From: the human T2T-CHM13v2.0 reference genome, Homo sapiens
Assembly: GCF_009914755.1 (NCBI RefSeq)
Contig: NC_060926.1
DNA: 64,000 nt
Strand: one strand, 5' to 3'
Shown here: positions 29,385 to 43,778 of the stretch, one piece after another
How positions within the stretch are numbered: position 1 is the first letter of the stretch
How the letters are laid out: every line of letters starts with the position of its first letter
Position numbers and translations under genes: made by a program
The notes under the pieces: model-generated
Databases searched by the model: none
The model's input: only the letters and a program-made list of their open reading frames with translations
What the model was told of the DNA's origin: nothing

Positions 29385-30564
29385 TTAGCAAAGTTGTAAC
29401 ACATGTCACCACTGTCCACCTCCAGCAGTAAAGGAGCAGAAAGTCCCCACAAGACATTGACCTGTTTCATGCCAACCATGCATTTGCTCATGCATTTCTC
29501 ACTCCCTGGAATGCTCTGCCGCTTGCTCCTTCCCTGTACAATATTTCCTTACTTAAGACTCAGCCCAGTCACCAAATTCTTCGGGAAGTTATCACTGGTC
29601 AGATTTCTCTTTTCTTTACTCTCTGAGTTCCTGAACATAACACTTACCATGTTGTATTTTATTTAGCAGATTCCAAAGTTGACTATACTATCCTCAAGGA
29701 CAGGAAAAGAGAATTGCTCATCTCTGCTACTAGCTAACTAACAGCAGTTTCCTATTGAATTGAGTAGTGGGATGTACAGATCATCCCAAGGCTGTGCCCT
29801 TCCTTAGTGATTCTATGCTGATGTCATGGCCCCACTGAACGAAAGAGGTCACATAGAGAAAACAGTCTGGATGCTTTGCTGCACAAGTGAAAATGTAGGA
29901 GTCATATTTAAGTTGGGATTCTTATAGCCAGGGCAGTATATGGGATTCAGCTGGGTTCCTCCACGGTCTATGGAATCTGAAATCAAGATGTATCTGAAAA
30001 TCAGCGTCAGAAATCTTTTAGAGACTGAGAACCAAAATATCCAAAAAATTGTTCAGGCTCACAGTTTGAAATGAATTCTAGTATAAAAGAAACGCAGTGG
30101 GCATATGAAAGTAAAAAATCTAGCTTGTAGAAATTTCCTGAGGCAGATGTGAGCCTCACCCGTGGGAAGTGAGGCAGCGCTTACGGTCACTAAGCTACAC
30201 AATGAGAGTAAGAGATCCACTGCTGTAAAAATAACCTTTTATTACTGTTTAATGAAGGATAACATAGACAAAAACAGGCACAAATGACAAGTGCACAGCT
30301 TCATAAGCTCTTACAACATTGAGCACACCCGTGCAACCACTAGCCACTCAAGATACAGGAAAATACCAACATCCGGGAAACCTCCACTGTGCCCCTTCCA
30401 AGTCACTTGCGTGTCAACGGAGGCACTATCCTGCCATTCATCACTGTAGATTTGCTGTGTGCTCTGTTGTGCCTGGTTTCTTTCACACAATCAAGTGTTT
30501 GTGACATTCGTTGATGTTACTGCATGCAGCCTCAGTTCGGTATTGCTCACTGCTCTGTAGCATT

Positions 30565-31211
30565 TCTGAACCCAAAATATCTGAGACAGATCTCAATTAA
30601 TTTGAAAGTTTATTTTGCCAAGGTTAAAGACATGCCCGTGACACAGCCTCAGGAGGTCCTGACGACATGTGCCCAAGGTAGTCGGGGTACAGCTTTCATT
30701 TATACATTTTAGGGAGACATAAGACATCAATCAATATGTATATGATGTACATTGATTCGGTCCAGAAAGGCAGACATAGAGTCAGGGGCTTCCAGGTCCT
30801 AAGTAGATAAGAGACAAAAGATCGTGTTCATTTGAGTCCTTGATCAGCCTTTCACTAAAAACACAATTCGGTCTGGCTCGGTAAATCTGAATTTTTACAT
30901 AAATAATAGGGCAGAGGAAGCCATCAGATATGCATTAGTCTCAGGTGAGTGGAGGATGCCTGTCTGTCCTGCACCTGTGAAGATAAGCTATCAGGTTACA
31001 TTGCCAGGGTGAAATTCAACAGAACTGTTTTAGGTAAAGATCTGGAGGCCCACAGGGAATTTCCTTGTTGGCAAATTATGAGGGAGGTATGTAGCTTTTT
31101 AAATCTTTGCAGTTATCATATTTAGAAATGAAATGGAAAGCAGGTTTGCCTGACATAGTTCCCAGTTTGACTTAGTGATCTGGGGGTCCCAACATTTATT
31201 TTCATTTCATG
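30565..31211 (-). mobile_element. MER4A-like ERV1 solo LTR
   Basis: tgaacccaaaatatctgagacag...gacacagcctcaggaggtcctgacgacatgtgcccaagg...ttcccagtttgacttagtgatctgggggtccc; 4-bp TSD catt. Confidence 0.85.
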
Positions 31212-33040
31212 CATTTCATTACATAAATATTTAACCAGCTCTCATCTATGCTACCCTTGATGGACACTGGATAGGCTGTTTTTAATTTGGGGCTATTAGG
31301 AATGGCATTGCCGCGACTATTCTTGCACAGATCTTTTGGTGCACATATTTTGGAATAGATACTTAGAAGTGGAATTACTAGGTCAAAAGGTAAGTGTGTA
31401 TTCCACTATAGTAGGTGCTGCCAATCCATGTTCCAAAGGAGTTGTCCCAACTTCAATTCCACCTCCCATACATGAGAGCACTTGTGGCTCCACATCCTTG
31501 TGAGCACTTAGTACTGTCAAATTTTTAGCCCATTCTAGTGCACACATGCGAGTAATGATGCTGAGCATACACTTTATAAGTTTATAGGCCATTGGATACC
31601 ATCTTCTGTGAAGTGACTTATCAAGCATTTACCCGTTATTATTGTAAAAGTTATTTAAATATTCTGGTTTGTGAGTGGATATATGTATCGTAAAACCTTA
31701 TCCTACTCTGTGGCTTGCATTTTAACTCTCCTAATGGTATGTTTTGATGAGCAGAATTTCTTACACTTAGTAAAATATTTTTTGTTAGCTTTAAAGTTAA
31801 TGTTGCTTGGCTTTGTTTAAGGACTATTTCTAATACTACAACTTCATAAAGATCTTTTTCCACTGTGTCTAGTAGAAGTTTCGGTGCTTTATGATTTACT
31901 TTTAAGTTTATGGCCCATTTGAAATGGATTTTCTTGTGTATGCTATGAAATGGGAATCAAGGTTAACTTCATTTCCATATAAATGTTCAATTGATCTGGT
32001 CCAATTTTTTTAAAGCCCATTTTACCCATGCAGAAGAATGGTAATTTTGCTGTGAATTCGTTGATCATACTATGTCAGTTTGTCTCTGGACTCTCTATAC
32101 TGCTTTTTCAAAATTTATTTTTATATGCGTCTGTCACTATCACACTGTTTATATTACTGTAGCTTTATAATAAGTCCTGAAATCTAAGTCACCAAATGTT
32201 TTTTTCTTTTTGAAATTGTTTCAGCTATTTATTACCCTTGGCATTTCCATAGATATTTAAGTATCAGGTTGTTGGTTTCCACAAAAAATTGTTGAGGTTT
32301 TGATGAGAATTGCATTGAATCCATTGACAAATTGACGGGGAACTGACACTATTATAACATTGAGTCTTCAAGTCAAAGAACATGGTGTATTTCTCCTTAG
32401 GTCTGGAGAAGCCGGCCTGGTACCCAGCCTTGCATTCCTTGAATAACCCCAACTTGGTCATGACATCGCATTGTTTTTATACATCACTAGATTCAACATT
32501 CTAATATTTTTGTTACACACTTTACAAAAATGCTCATGAGAAAGAGTGATCTATAATTTTCCTTAGTTGTGATGTTATTAGTTGTGATGTTTGGTATGAA
32601 GGTTTTGCTGGTCTCATACAATAAATTTGGATGTCCTCCCTTTTTTTGTATTCTTTGGAAGATCTTGTGCAAAACTGGCATATTTTCCCTTAAATTGTTA
32701 CAAAAAATAATTACCAAAATTATTTGAGGCTAGAGACTTCTTTGTGTAAAAGTTCTACATTGCAGATTTAATTTTGTTATAGACATACGACAATTTAGAT
32801 TAGCTGTTTTCTCTAGTGTCAATGTTGGTAAGTAGTGTTTTGGTAGAAATTTTTCCATTTTTATACCATTTACATTTATTGGCATAAAGTTGCTCTTAGT
32901 CATTATAATACCGTAGGATTTAAGATGTATTTTTTCTAAGCAGCATAGAAATTATTTACCCATTTTTTGTAGTCTTACTCTGTAAGTTAAGAGTATGTAA
33001 CCCACTTGTGCATAATGTAATTAATCATTCATGTGGGATC

Positions 33041-33962
33041 TTTATCAGCCTCAGCCCTCAGTCAATCTAGAAAGAGAAACCATGTAGTAAGTTGAAGAAG
33101 GAAGTTTAATATAAATTATGATTAACTACAACAGAGGATGGTGGTAACAACTAACGAGAATGCTAAGGAATGTAGAAATAAAGCAGCCATTATCTTGAGG
33201 GCTGAGTGCCCCAGAAAGGTCCCTGCCTCTCACCTGCCCCAGGGTGAGATCCAGAGCCTACGGATGCCAATGGGACTCACTGGATGTTGGAGGGGTGACT
33301 GCAGTGCTGCAGTGGAAATCTGCCTCCTGGGTCTTGCCAGAAATCCTGGGGTGCTGGGGAAAGCTGTTGGATGACAGGTGTCTCCCCAAAGGCCTTCTTC
33401 TATGAAACCATCTGAGATAGGGTGCTCTGTGGGACCACTGGCTGGTGCATGAACCACCATGGAGCCTGGGGCTGGGGAAGCTGACATCTGCAGGACCCTG
33501 GTGCCAGAGAAGCCACAAATCTGCAGGAGCCGAGTCCAAGAGGAACTGCACAGCTGGAAGGATCTCATGTCAGAGAAGCCACACATCTGCAGGAGCTAAC
33601 TGCCAGAGGAACTGCACATCTGGAAAAACCTGGTGTCCGAGGAGCTCCCATCTCAATGAACCTAGTGCCAGAGAGGCTACACATCTGCAGGAGCCTGGTG
33701 TCAGAGATGCCACACATCTAGAGGGACCTGCTGCCAGGGAACCTGCACCTCTGGAGGGGTCTGCCAAGCGAGCACACCAGAACCAGGAAGCAAAACTCTT
33801 TTCTCCTGCAGTGTCTCTGCAGCCATCTATTTGCAAAACCTGACTTCATGCCAGACGGCAAGGTAAAAAAATCTTTAAAAGGCCCAGATCCTTTTTCAAA
33901 AACCAGGCTACAAACCTGGATTTGGAGCCCAAAAGTAATAAACGGATAACAGCACAGAATCA
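33041..33962 (-). mobile_element. ERVL-class LTR (LTR41/LTR52-like, subfamily uncertain)
   Basis: Minus strand ends ...tatattaaacttcc...catggtttctctttct...ctgataaa like ERVL LTR 3' ends; GC-richer block interrupting the L1. Confidence 0.55.
33484..33768. repeat. Diverged ~32-bp tandem repeat, ~9 units, inside the LTR
   Basis: acatctgcaggagcctggtgccagagaagccac-like units. Confidence 0.8.
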
Positions 33963-34061
33963 CTTATATCTCTTCTGATAATATTATTCTGCTAATAAAT
34001 ATGCTCATTTGCATTTAATATAATTACTAATTCATTTGGGATCATAGCTACCATCTTACTT

Positions 34062-34397
34062 CTTTAAAAAATTGTACTTTAAGTTTTGGGATACATGTGC
34101 AGAACATGCAGGTTTGTTGCATAGGTATACATGTGCCATGGTGGTTTGCTGCATCCATCAACCGTGATCTACATTTTAAGCCCCACATGCATTAGGTATT
34201 TGTCCTAATGCTCTCCCTCCCCTCCCTGCTCTCTGACAGACCCTGGTGTGTGATGTTCCCCTCCCTGTGTCCATGTGTTCTCATTGTTCAACTCTCACTT
34301 ATGAGTGAGAACATGCGGTGTTTGGTTTTCTGTCCCTCTGTTAGTTTGCTGAGAATGATGGCTTCCAGCTTCATCCATGATCCCTACAAAGGACATG
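34062..34397 (-). mobile_element. L1PA8-like 3' end
   Basis: tttaagttttgggatacatgtgcagaac...ttttaagccccacatgcattaggtatttgtcc...gagtgagaacatgcggtgtttgg. Confidence 0.9.
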
Positions 34398-35165
34398 TTC
34401 TTCTATATTTTTATCTGCTTAATGTTTCTTTTCTCTACTTCTTACCTACTTTTGATTGAAGCAAGTATTTTTAAACTTTTTATCTGTATTATTTTATTAA
34501 CTTTGTGAACAGTTCTGATCCTGATTAGGATTACAAACTCCCTGTTACAAAATGTACCCTTTATGAATTATAGTGTAAGTTAAATTAATACTATTTATTC
34601 CTCAAATAACCTTAGAAGATGTAATTTCTGTTATCACTCACTGTTATTATTGTTAAGCATTTTTAATCTCAATTATTTTAGACTACAGCATGTATTATTA
34701 CTGTTGTACAGTGAATATTTATTTATATTTACATATATATTTCTAATTTACCCTTTTTCTCACTTTATTCCTGGATTTTTGTGTTTCTCTCTGGGATGAT
34801 TTTCTTTCTTCTTAAGCAATTTTCCTTTTAATATTCATTTTTGTGTATCTTCTGGCAACAAAATCTTTCAGCTTTTGCTTGGGGTGGAAATGTATTCTGA
34901 CTTCACTTGTGAAGGACGTTTTCTTCAGGCAGAACTCTAGGTTGCCAGTTATTTTCTTCCAGAGCTTTAAGGAGGCATTCTGTTGTCTCCCAGCTCCCAC
35001 TGCTGCTGTTGAAATGTCAACTATTAGAATCTGTGTTCCTCCATTGAAGGTAGTAGTTACTTTGTTCTCCTCATCTTGGGATTTCAGCAGTTGTAGTTAC
35101 CACGGGTCATCATAATGGCTCTCAGTTGTGCTGCTTGGGGTTCCTAGTGCTTTGTGCATCAGTGA

Positions 35166-35712
<547 letters not shown>

Positions 35713-36384
35713 TAAACTTAAAAATTAAGTTCTTAGTTTCGATGACTGAAATTTTACTGATAAAATAATTAGTTGACTTCTTTTGTAGATCTAAGTTTTC
35801 TGATTAAATTTCTCATCTTTGCTTGATGGTATTAATCAGATCTACTTAAGTTCATGTGTGTGACCCGGACGGAGGGATCACACCGGGAGGCTGAGGCAGG
35901 AGAATCTGAAGCTCTTTCTATTTTCCGCTTTCTCGGTTGCATCTGGCGATCGTCTGTAAATTGCTGCGTGTTTTGCATGGACTCTACGGCGGCTCTGCGT
36001 GATGCTGTCTGCTCCGGATAAGGCTGCACCCTTCCTCTGGCACCCACGCTGAGGGAGGGTTCTCCTTAGTCTATCCTGGGCTGAGTTCCTGTGGCTACAG
36101 TGCGGTCCTTGTTTACTTGCGTGTTTTGTTTTCTTGGTGCTGTTTTTGCAAGGCTTTCTGTTAGTATCATTTTCCTTTCTAGGACGCCCCCTCAAGGTCC
36201 TAACCAAAAGCTCGGACTATTTGCTAACACCTACATGGTCTTTAAACTCTAATTCAGCCCCATCAAATAAAAAGTTCCAAACTCCAGGGCTTTGTGCCTA
36301 TCTTCTTAGAATCTTCCCCCCTTCACCCTAATAATTTAGTGAATGCTTTCACGGGGAAGTCACAGGTTTATGACAGAGCATTCT

Positions 36385-37083
<699 letters not shown>

Positions 37084-37469
37084 CCCCTGTACCTCCCTTT
37101 TCTCTGGGATCCTCGTTCCTTAAGTCTCATCACATGCATGGGATTAGCAAACTCCTCGTCGGCTTCAGTGACCCTCAGTCAGTGCCTAGCAGGTTTCTTG
37201 GGCTCTCTCCCAGCACAGAGGAAGGCAACATCTCACTTCTAGGTGGCTCTTTCTGTCTGGGATCCTGATTTCTCTAGTCTTGACTGCTTGGGCAGCTTGC
37301 TGATGTCTGCAAACTCACTTTTTAAAAATCTGACCTTTCTGCATGTTCTCAATGAAGCATTAGTGTGTGGCTGGCTTCTCCATCTTAATGGGAAGCTAGA
37401 AGGTCCCACTGCCCCAGTATTGATCCAAATAAGGGGGAAAATAATGAAGCCTGTGATACACCAGTTATC

Positions 37470-38309
37470 TGCTCCCAGTCCTTAAATGACGCTCCTGGTG
37501 CTCCCAGTCCTTAAATGACGCTCCTGGTGCTCCCAGTCCTTGGATGATGCTCCTAGTGCTCCCAGTCCATGGGTGATGCTCCTAGTGCTCCTAGTCCATG
37601 GGTGATGCTCCTAGTGCTCCTAGTCCATGGGTGATGCTCCTAGTGCTCCTAGTCCATGGATGATGCTCCTAGTGCTCCTAGTCCTTCGGATAACGTTCCT
37701 GGTGCTCCCAGTCTTTGGATGATGTTCCTAGTGTTCCCAGTCCTTGGACGATGCTCCTAGTGCTCCTAGTTGTTGGATGACACTTTAGTGCTCCCAGCCT
37801 TTGGATGACACTCCTAGTGCTCCCAGTCGATGGATGATGTTCCTGATGCTCCCAGTCCTTGGATGACGCTCCTAGTGCTCGCAGCCCATGGATGACACTC
37901 TTAATGCTCCCAGTCTTAAGATGATGCTCCTGGTGCTCCCAGTCCTAAGATGATGTTCCTAGTGCTCCTAGTCCTTGGATAACGTTCTTGGTGCTCCCAG
38001 TCCTTGGATGACGCTTCTAGTGCTCCCAGTCCTTGGATGACACTCCTTGTGCTCCCAGTCTTTGGATGACACTCCTAGTGCTCCCAGCCCATGGATGATG
38101 CTCCTAGTGCTCCCAGTCATGAATGAGACTCCTAGTGCTCCCAGTCCATGGTTGATGCTCCTAGTTCTCCCAGCCTTCAGATGATGCTTCTAGTGCTCCC
38201 AACCCATGGATCATACTCCTTGTGCTCCCAGTCCTTGGATAATGCTTCTAGTGCTCCCAGCCTTCGGATGATGCTCTTAGTCCTCCCAGTCCATGGATAA
38301 TGTTCCTAG
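37470..38309. repeat. 29-bp minisatellite, ~29 copies
   Basis: Consensus TGCTCCCAGTCCTTGGATGATGCTCCTAG. Confidence 0.97.
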
Positions 38310-39869
38310 CTGACCCTTGTTCTGTTCTTTGTATCCATGATGTAATATCAGGAATTTTGTCAATACATAGCTCTAGAGGTTCACATAATATTAAACCTAT
38401 CTGCCTGACCCATTTTAGGTTTCTGATGGAGCTTACTGAATCATTTTGGTGGAACACTTGCCAATCTCAAGCAAAAAGTGAGTCTGCAGTTGTCTGAATT
38501 CAATAGTTTTTCATAGCATTATGGTTTTCTTGGCTAAATTCAGACTGACTTCATGTGTTGGAACAGTTTGCATCTCTTACTTTATCCGCTTAAGAAATGA
38601 AAAGAATAATACTTGTGACTGAAAAAGAGGGTCATGAAGACTATGCAAATATTTGGAAAGCAGCATCGTTTGAACACTTGAAAGAAAAGTGCAATATAAA
38701 TGATTATTTTTTAAAGCACCATATGTAGGAAATGCAATCCAGCTTTTTAAAGAAGAAGTGTTTTGGCGTTTCATCCCAATTTACTGATGAATGGTAACTA
38801 ATGAAATGTTTGTCTGGGATTCTGAAGAGGCAATTCGATTGCTGCATGTGGATAGAGAACGCCAGTTGCTTTTGATCCTGCCGACCAAGGCATCTTATAT
38901 AATGATAAATTATACCAGGTTTCAAAATCCTCTGATGATGCTATCTGCAATACCATTGCCTCTCCTTACTATCTCCCATTTTTACTTCCTCCCAGTGAAA
39001 GAAATAACAGTTTGTAAAGGCTTATAAATTCCAACTCTTATCTTTTAAAATGGTTGTTCTCTTCCTCATCTTAACATGCAAATAGACTGCCTTTCTTAAG
39101 CCTTTGATAAAGAGCCAGAAGAAAAGTTCACAAGGTTTTGATAAACCATCCTGAGAAACCCAGCCAATGAACAAAGATCCACGAGGAATTTCCTATCTAC
39201 TAATGTCGCTGTAATAAGCAGACCCTTACCTGACATCCTCAAAGGAAGCCGGGTGAACACTGTAAGTGATGCTCAGAAAAGGTAAAGGAACACATAAGCA
39301 GAAATCTGGTGAGGAATTTGGAATCATCTATTCACAAAAGAAATTTACTTAATTGTCTTGAGCACTGTTCCCAGCTGTGGGGCTGTAGGAAAAGCGGAGT
39401 CCCCCAGAGGCGGCTGCAGGCGAGGTGACCTTCCAGGGCACTGTGAACTTCCGTTCTGTGTTCTCATCCTGACGCAGCTGCTAATTTGCTGCATGACCTT
39501 GGCAGGACCCACCGGGCTTGCAGGATCTTTTCTCTGTGCACTGATGGGATGAGGCTGGATCTCTGTTGCCTTCATTCGTGCTGTTTATGCCAACAGGGTT
39601 TGCAGTTTTAGTTCAGGAGGGGATGCCACGGAGTGCAGGGCCCTTCTCCATGTCATGGAAGCTGAACTCCCCACGCTCAGGCCCTAGGACTCTAACCCAG
39701 ACACACGAAGCTCTTCATAGCCCCCGTTTCCTGTTCCTTCTCCTCATCCCAAAGCAAACTTCCTTCCAAAACTACTTTTCTGAGTTGTTGGTATCATGTT
39801 ACATTTCTTCTTAAAAGCTCTCATTCCATGGCCTGGACCTATTTTTTTGTTGTCATTGTTTATAAGAAA

Positions 39870-40410
39870 GTTACTTTTTAAAATATTTTTAAATATTTAA
39901 TGTACAAATAAAATTGTGTATACACAACGTGTACACTGTGATGATTTGATATAGTCATCCGTTATGTAATGATGATCACAACTTATCATCTCCGTCATCA
40001 CTTGCGCTGTACAGGAGATCCCCAGAACTTGCTCATCTTATAACCGCAAGTTTGTGCCCTTTGACCAACATCGCCCCACTTCACCTCCCAGCTCCTGGTA
40101 ACCACCATCTACTCTCTGCTTCTGTGATTTCAACTTTTTTAGACCCCAGGTACATAAGTGAGATCATGCAGTCCTTGTCTTTGTGTGCCTGGCCCATTTC
40201 ACTCAGCACAATGACCTCCAGTTTATCCACATTGTTGTGAAGGGCAAGATGTCCTCCTTTATCAAGGCTGAGTAACAACCCACTGTGTGAGTGTGTGTTT
40301 GTGTGTGTCTGTGTGTGTGCGACATTTTCTTCATCTAGTCATTTGTTGAGGGGCGCTTAGGCTGCAGCATACATTGGCAGTGGTAAGCAGTGCTGCAGTG
40401 AGCCTGGGGG
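39870..40410 (-). mobile_element. L1MA-like 3' end
   Basis: ccctttgaccaacatc...cctggtaaccaccatctactctctgcttctgtg...ataagtgagatcatgcagt. Confidence 0.85.
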
Positions 40411-40506
40411 ACTGTGTTCTGAGGCCTGGATGCCTCTCGGTGCTGTGGTGAGCAGTGCTGCAGTGAGCCTGGGAGACTGTGTTCTGATGCCCGGATGCCT
40501 CTCGGT
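40380..40506. repeat. 65-bp tandem duplication (2 copies)
   Basis: gtggt(a/g)agcagtgctgcagtgagcctggg...ggatgcctctcggt at 40380 and 40445. Confidence 0.9.
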
Positions 40507-40979
40507 TTTACCTCTCATGCCCCTTTATTGGTGGTTCTCTTCTTCAGCTTTAAGCAAACTTCCTTGGCACTGACCTGGCTCCTCACATTTTTTCCTAAGG
40601 GTTCTGGACCCCGGTGTTGTTTCTATCCCATGTCTCCCTCTGCGTCTCCACCTACCAATGATCAATATCTTCTTATTATTATAAATGCAGCCTCTGCCTA
40701 TTTTGTAACTGCTGATCCTACTATTGTTTTTAATATATATATTTTCTGTTTTATTATCTCCTGTCCACAAGGCCTGAGTGTTTGCTTTCAGAGGAGCCTT
40801 TTATACCCCCAAAATGTAAAAAAAGAAAAATAGGAGTAGCTTAATGGCGTCACCTTCGTTTTACAATGAAAACTAATTTTCACAACATCAAAGAGGTCAT
40901 CAGGCCTAACACTCTCCCCGATAGGGTTTTTACGTCTCCACCCACACTGGAGAAGAATTCCTCGGTGTGTGGCCATGCT

Positions 40980-41113
40980 GTTAGTTGGAGTTGGGGTGAA
41001 TTAGTTAGTTGGATTTGGGGTGAGTTAGTTAGTTGGAGTTGGGGTGAGTTAGTTGGAGTTGGAGTAAGTTAGTTGGAGTTGGGGTGAGTTCGTTAATTGG
41101 AGTTGGGGTGAGT
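40980..41113. repeat. 20-24-bp G/T-rich minisatellite, ~6 copies
   Basis: (agtt)agttagttggagttggggtg units. Confidence 0.9.
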
Positions 41114-41289
41114 CTGCAGCCTTCAGCCCCTTTTTAGAGGTGAGACTAAGAAAAAGCTGATGCCGGCCTCTGCTTTTCTAACAATGTCAAATTCAGCAGG
41201 TAGTGGGTGCATTCTGATGGTTGTTAGGATTCCCATTGTTAGGACAATGGAAAATGGATGTCACAAAGCAGAAATATGTCTTAAAGAGT

Positions 41290-41960
41290 GTGCTGGTCAC
41301 CAGCCGCTGCATAACAAATTACACAAACTCAGTGTCTTAGAAAAACAGGCAGTCTTCATTCCACAGCTCCCCATGTCAAAGCACGGCCATGGTTCAGCTG
41401 TGTCCTCTGCTCCAAGTCCGCCATGGTTCAGCTGTGTCCTCCACTCCAAGTCCTCCAAGGTCACAGTCAAGGTGTCAGCTGGTCTGCATGCCTCTCTGGA
41501 TACCTAGTCCTCCTGGAAGTGCATGCGTTTGTTGTTGGAACTCAGTTTTTTGTGATTGCAGGGACAAAGTTCCCGTTCTCTTGTGGGCAGTCAGCCAAGG
41601 GTTGCTGTCAGCTCCCAGCGCTGCCAGCAGCTCCCTGCCCCAGGACTCTCTCTCTGGAGATGGCAGCTGAGCCCTTCAAGGCCAGCAGGTGACTCTGCTG
41701 CTCCCCATCCCTGAGCTAGGAGGAGAAAAACACCTTCCATTGAAGGGTTCACCTGATTAGACCAGACCCACCCAGGGTCATCTTTGCATTTACTTAAAGT
41801 TGAGCTGATTTGGGGCCTTACTTAGATCTGGAAAATTCCTTCATCTTTGTCCTAAAATGTGGCCTGACTCCCAATCCCATCTCCTTTGCAGATGAGAAGC
41901 CAGTCACAGGTGCTGCCCTCACCACGGCCTGGCTCAGGGGGCTGCCCGGTGTGTTTTCAT
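41290..41960 (-). mobile_element. MLT1E/F-like MaLR LTR containing a 34-bp duplication (41386-41453)
   Basis: gctgcataacaaattacacaaactcagtgtcttagaa...aagggttcacctgattagaccagacccacccagg. Confidence 0.7.
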
Positions 41961-42531
41961 AACAAGAAATCACTCAAAGAGACAAGCAGTCCCGCAGTGT
42001 GGGGTCAAATATGTTAATTAGCATTGCAGGATTAAAAATGTTAAATCAGAAGCGTGGAGGTTAGAGAAAAAGCTCATATCCAGGGGGCGACTTCTGAGCC
42101 TGTCTCCCCGCGTGCGCAGCTTTCCGTAAGGAGATCACTTCATCTGGGAGTCAGCCCTGGCCCTAGGAGACCTCGTCCTTATTTCACAGACAAAGAAACT
42201 GGGTCTCAGCACAAATAAGAAACATGCTGGAGGCTAGCAGCCCTGCCGGTGCTGGGGGCTGGCGCTGGAGCTCAGGCTACGTGCCCTGTCAACGGCTGTA
42301 TTTAGGCCTCTGATGTGTAGGCAGAGGGGGCATCGCTGCCCTTGGATCCTGCATGTCAGAGCTTGAGCGTGGGCCCACCTCTTCCACGTGGAGAGTGAGA
42401 GATGCGGAAGCTGACCACAGAGAAGGCCCTGCCCCCTTGCCCCCACCCTTCAGTCGGGTCCAAGCCTCTGATTTCCAGCCCTCACCAGCCTCTGGGCACC
42501 TGTCTACCTGTCTATCTCCTCGTCCCCATAA

Positions 42532-42858
<327 letters not shown>

Positions 42859-43778
42859 TGACACTTCTAATCCAGCCACCTGGTCTCTCACCCTGATGGC
42901 TTGTCACACATTCCCTGACCCAGTCCTGCCCATCAGCCAAGCCAGCCTCTGTTCCAGGCGCTCAGAATATCTTCCCAGGGGCACCTCTGGTCACATTCGT
43001 CCTGCACTCCTTCCCACCAAGGCTCAGCTTTCCTTCCTGGTGATTGAGGCCTTTCTGGCTCAAATGCTCTGGGCGACTTCTCCTTTCCAGCCCCATGTGA
43101 CTATCCTGCCTCCCTGTCATCTTCCCTCCTTCCACTGACAACTTCTATTTGTCCTCCAGGGCCTGGGGTCCTCCCAGAGGAGGCCCAGCAGCCTCAGGTG
43201 TTATAGGCCCCCATGTCCACTGGACGCTCTCCACAGCTGAGCTTGTCACTCATCCGGATCCCACCTGCTCCTCCGATGCCACAGCTGCCCCAGCAGCTCC
43301 TATTGCACCAGTAGTGTCATGTGTCAGGCTGGGCGTGCAGTAGGTGCTTGATACATAAAGTCTGCTCAGTGAAGATGGGCCAGAAAAGACAGAGGTCCAT
43401 CCCTGACCCACACCTCAGTGGCTCTCCATCAGGACTGCACTGATGTTCTATGGGGTGGGACTGAGTGCCCAGGGGCCTGGAGGAATGCCAGAGGCACGTG
43501 AGTTCACACCATGTCCCATCACCGCGTGGACTCGCACAGGGCAAGAGCAGGTTCCTGGCAGCTCACCCTTGTGGGGTTCTCAGAAAATCCTGCCTTTAAA
43601 GCTCTTTTGGGAGTAAGTGGATCTCGCTGGAACCCCCTCGATGAGATCCAGGCGGGACTTGGGGTGTTTCTTCGCCTGCCCTGAGCCCCACCCTGCTCAG
43701 GAACTTGCATAGCTTGTCCCCTCTTGAAGGCTCTGGAAGTTCCCGCCTCTGTGAGCAGGACAGAGCCGTGCTTGGCCA

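Noticed and set aside
37470-38309. 29-bp array as a possible CRISPR
   Set aside because: Contiguous diverged tandem units without spacers
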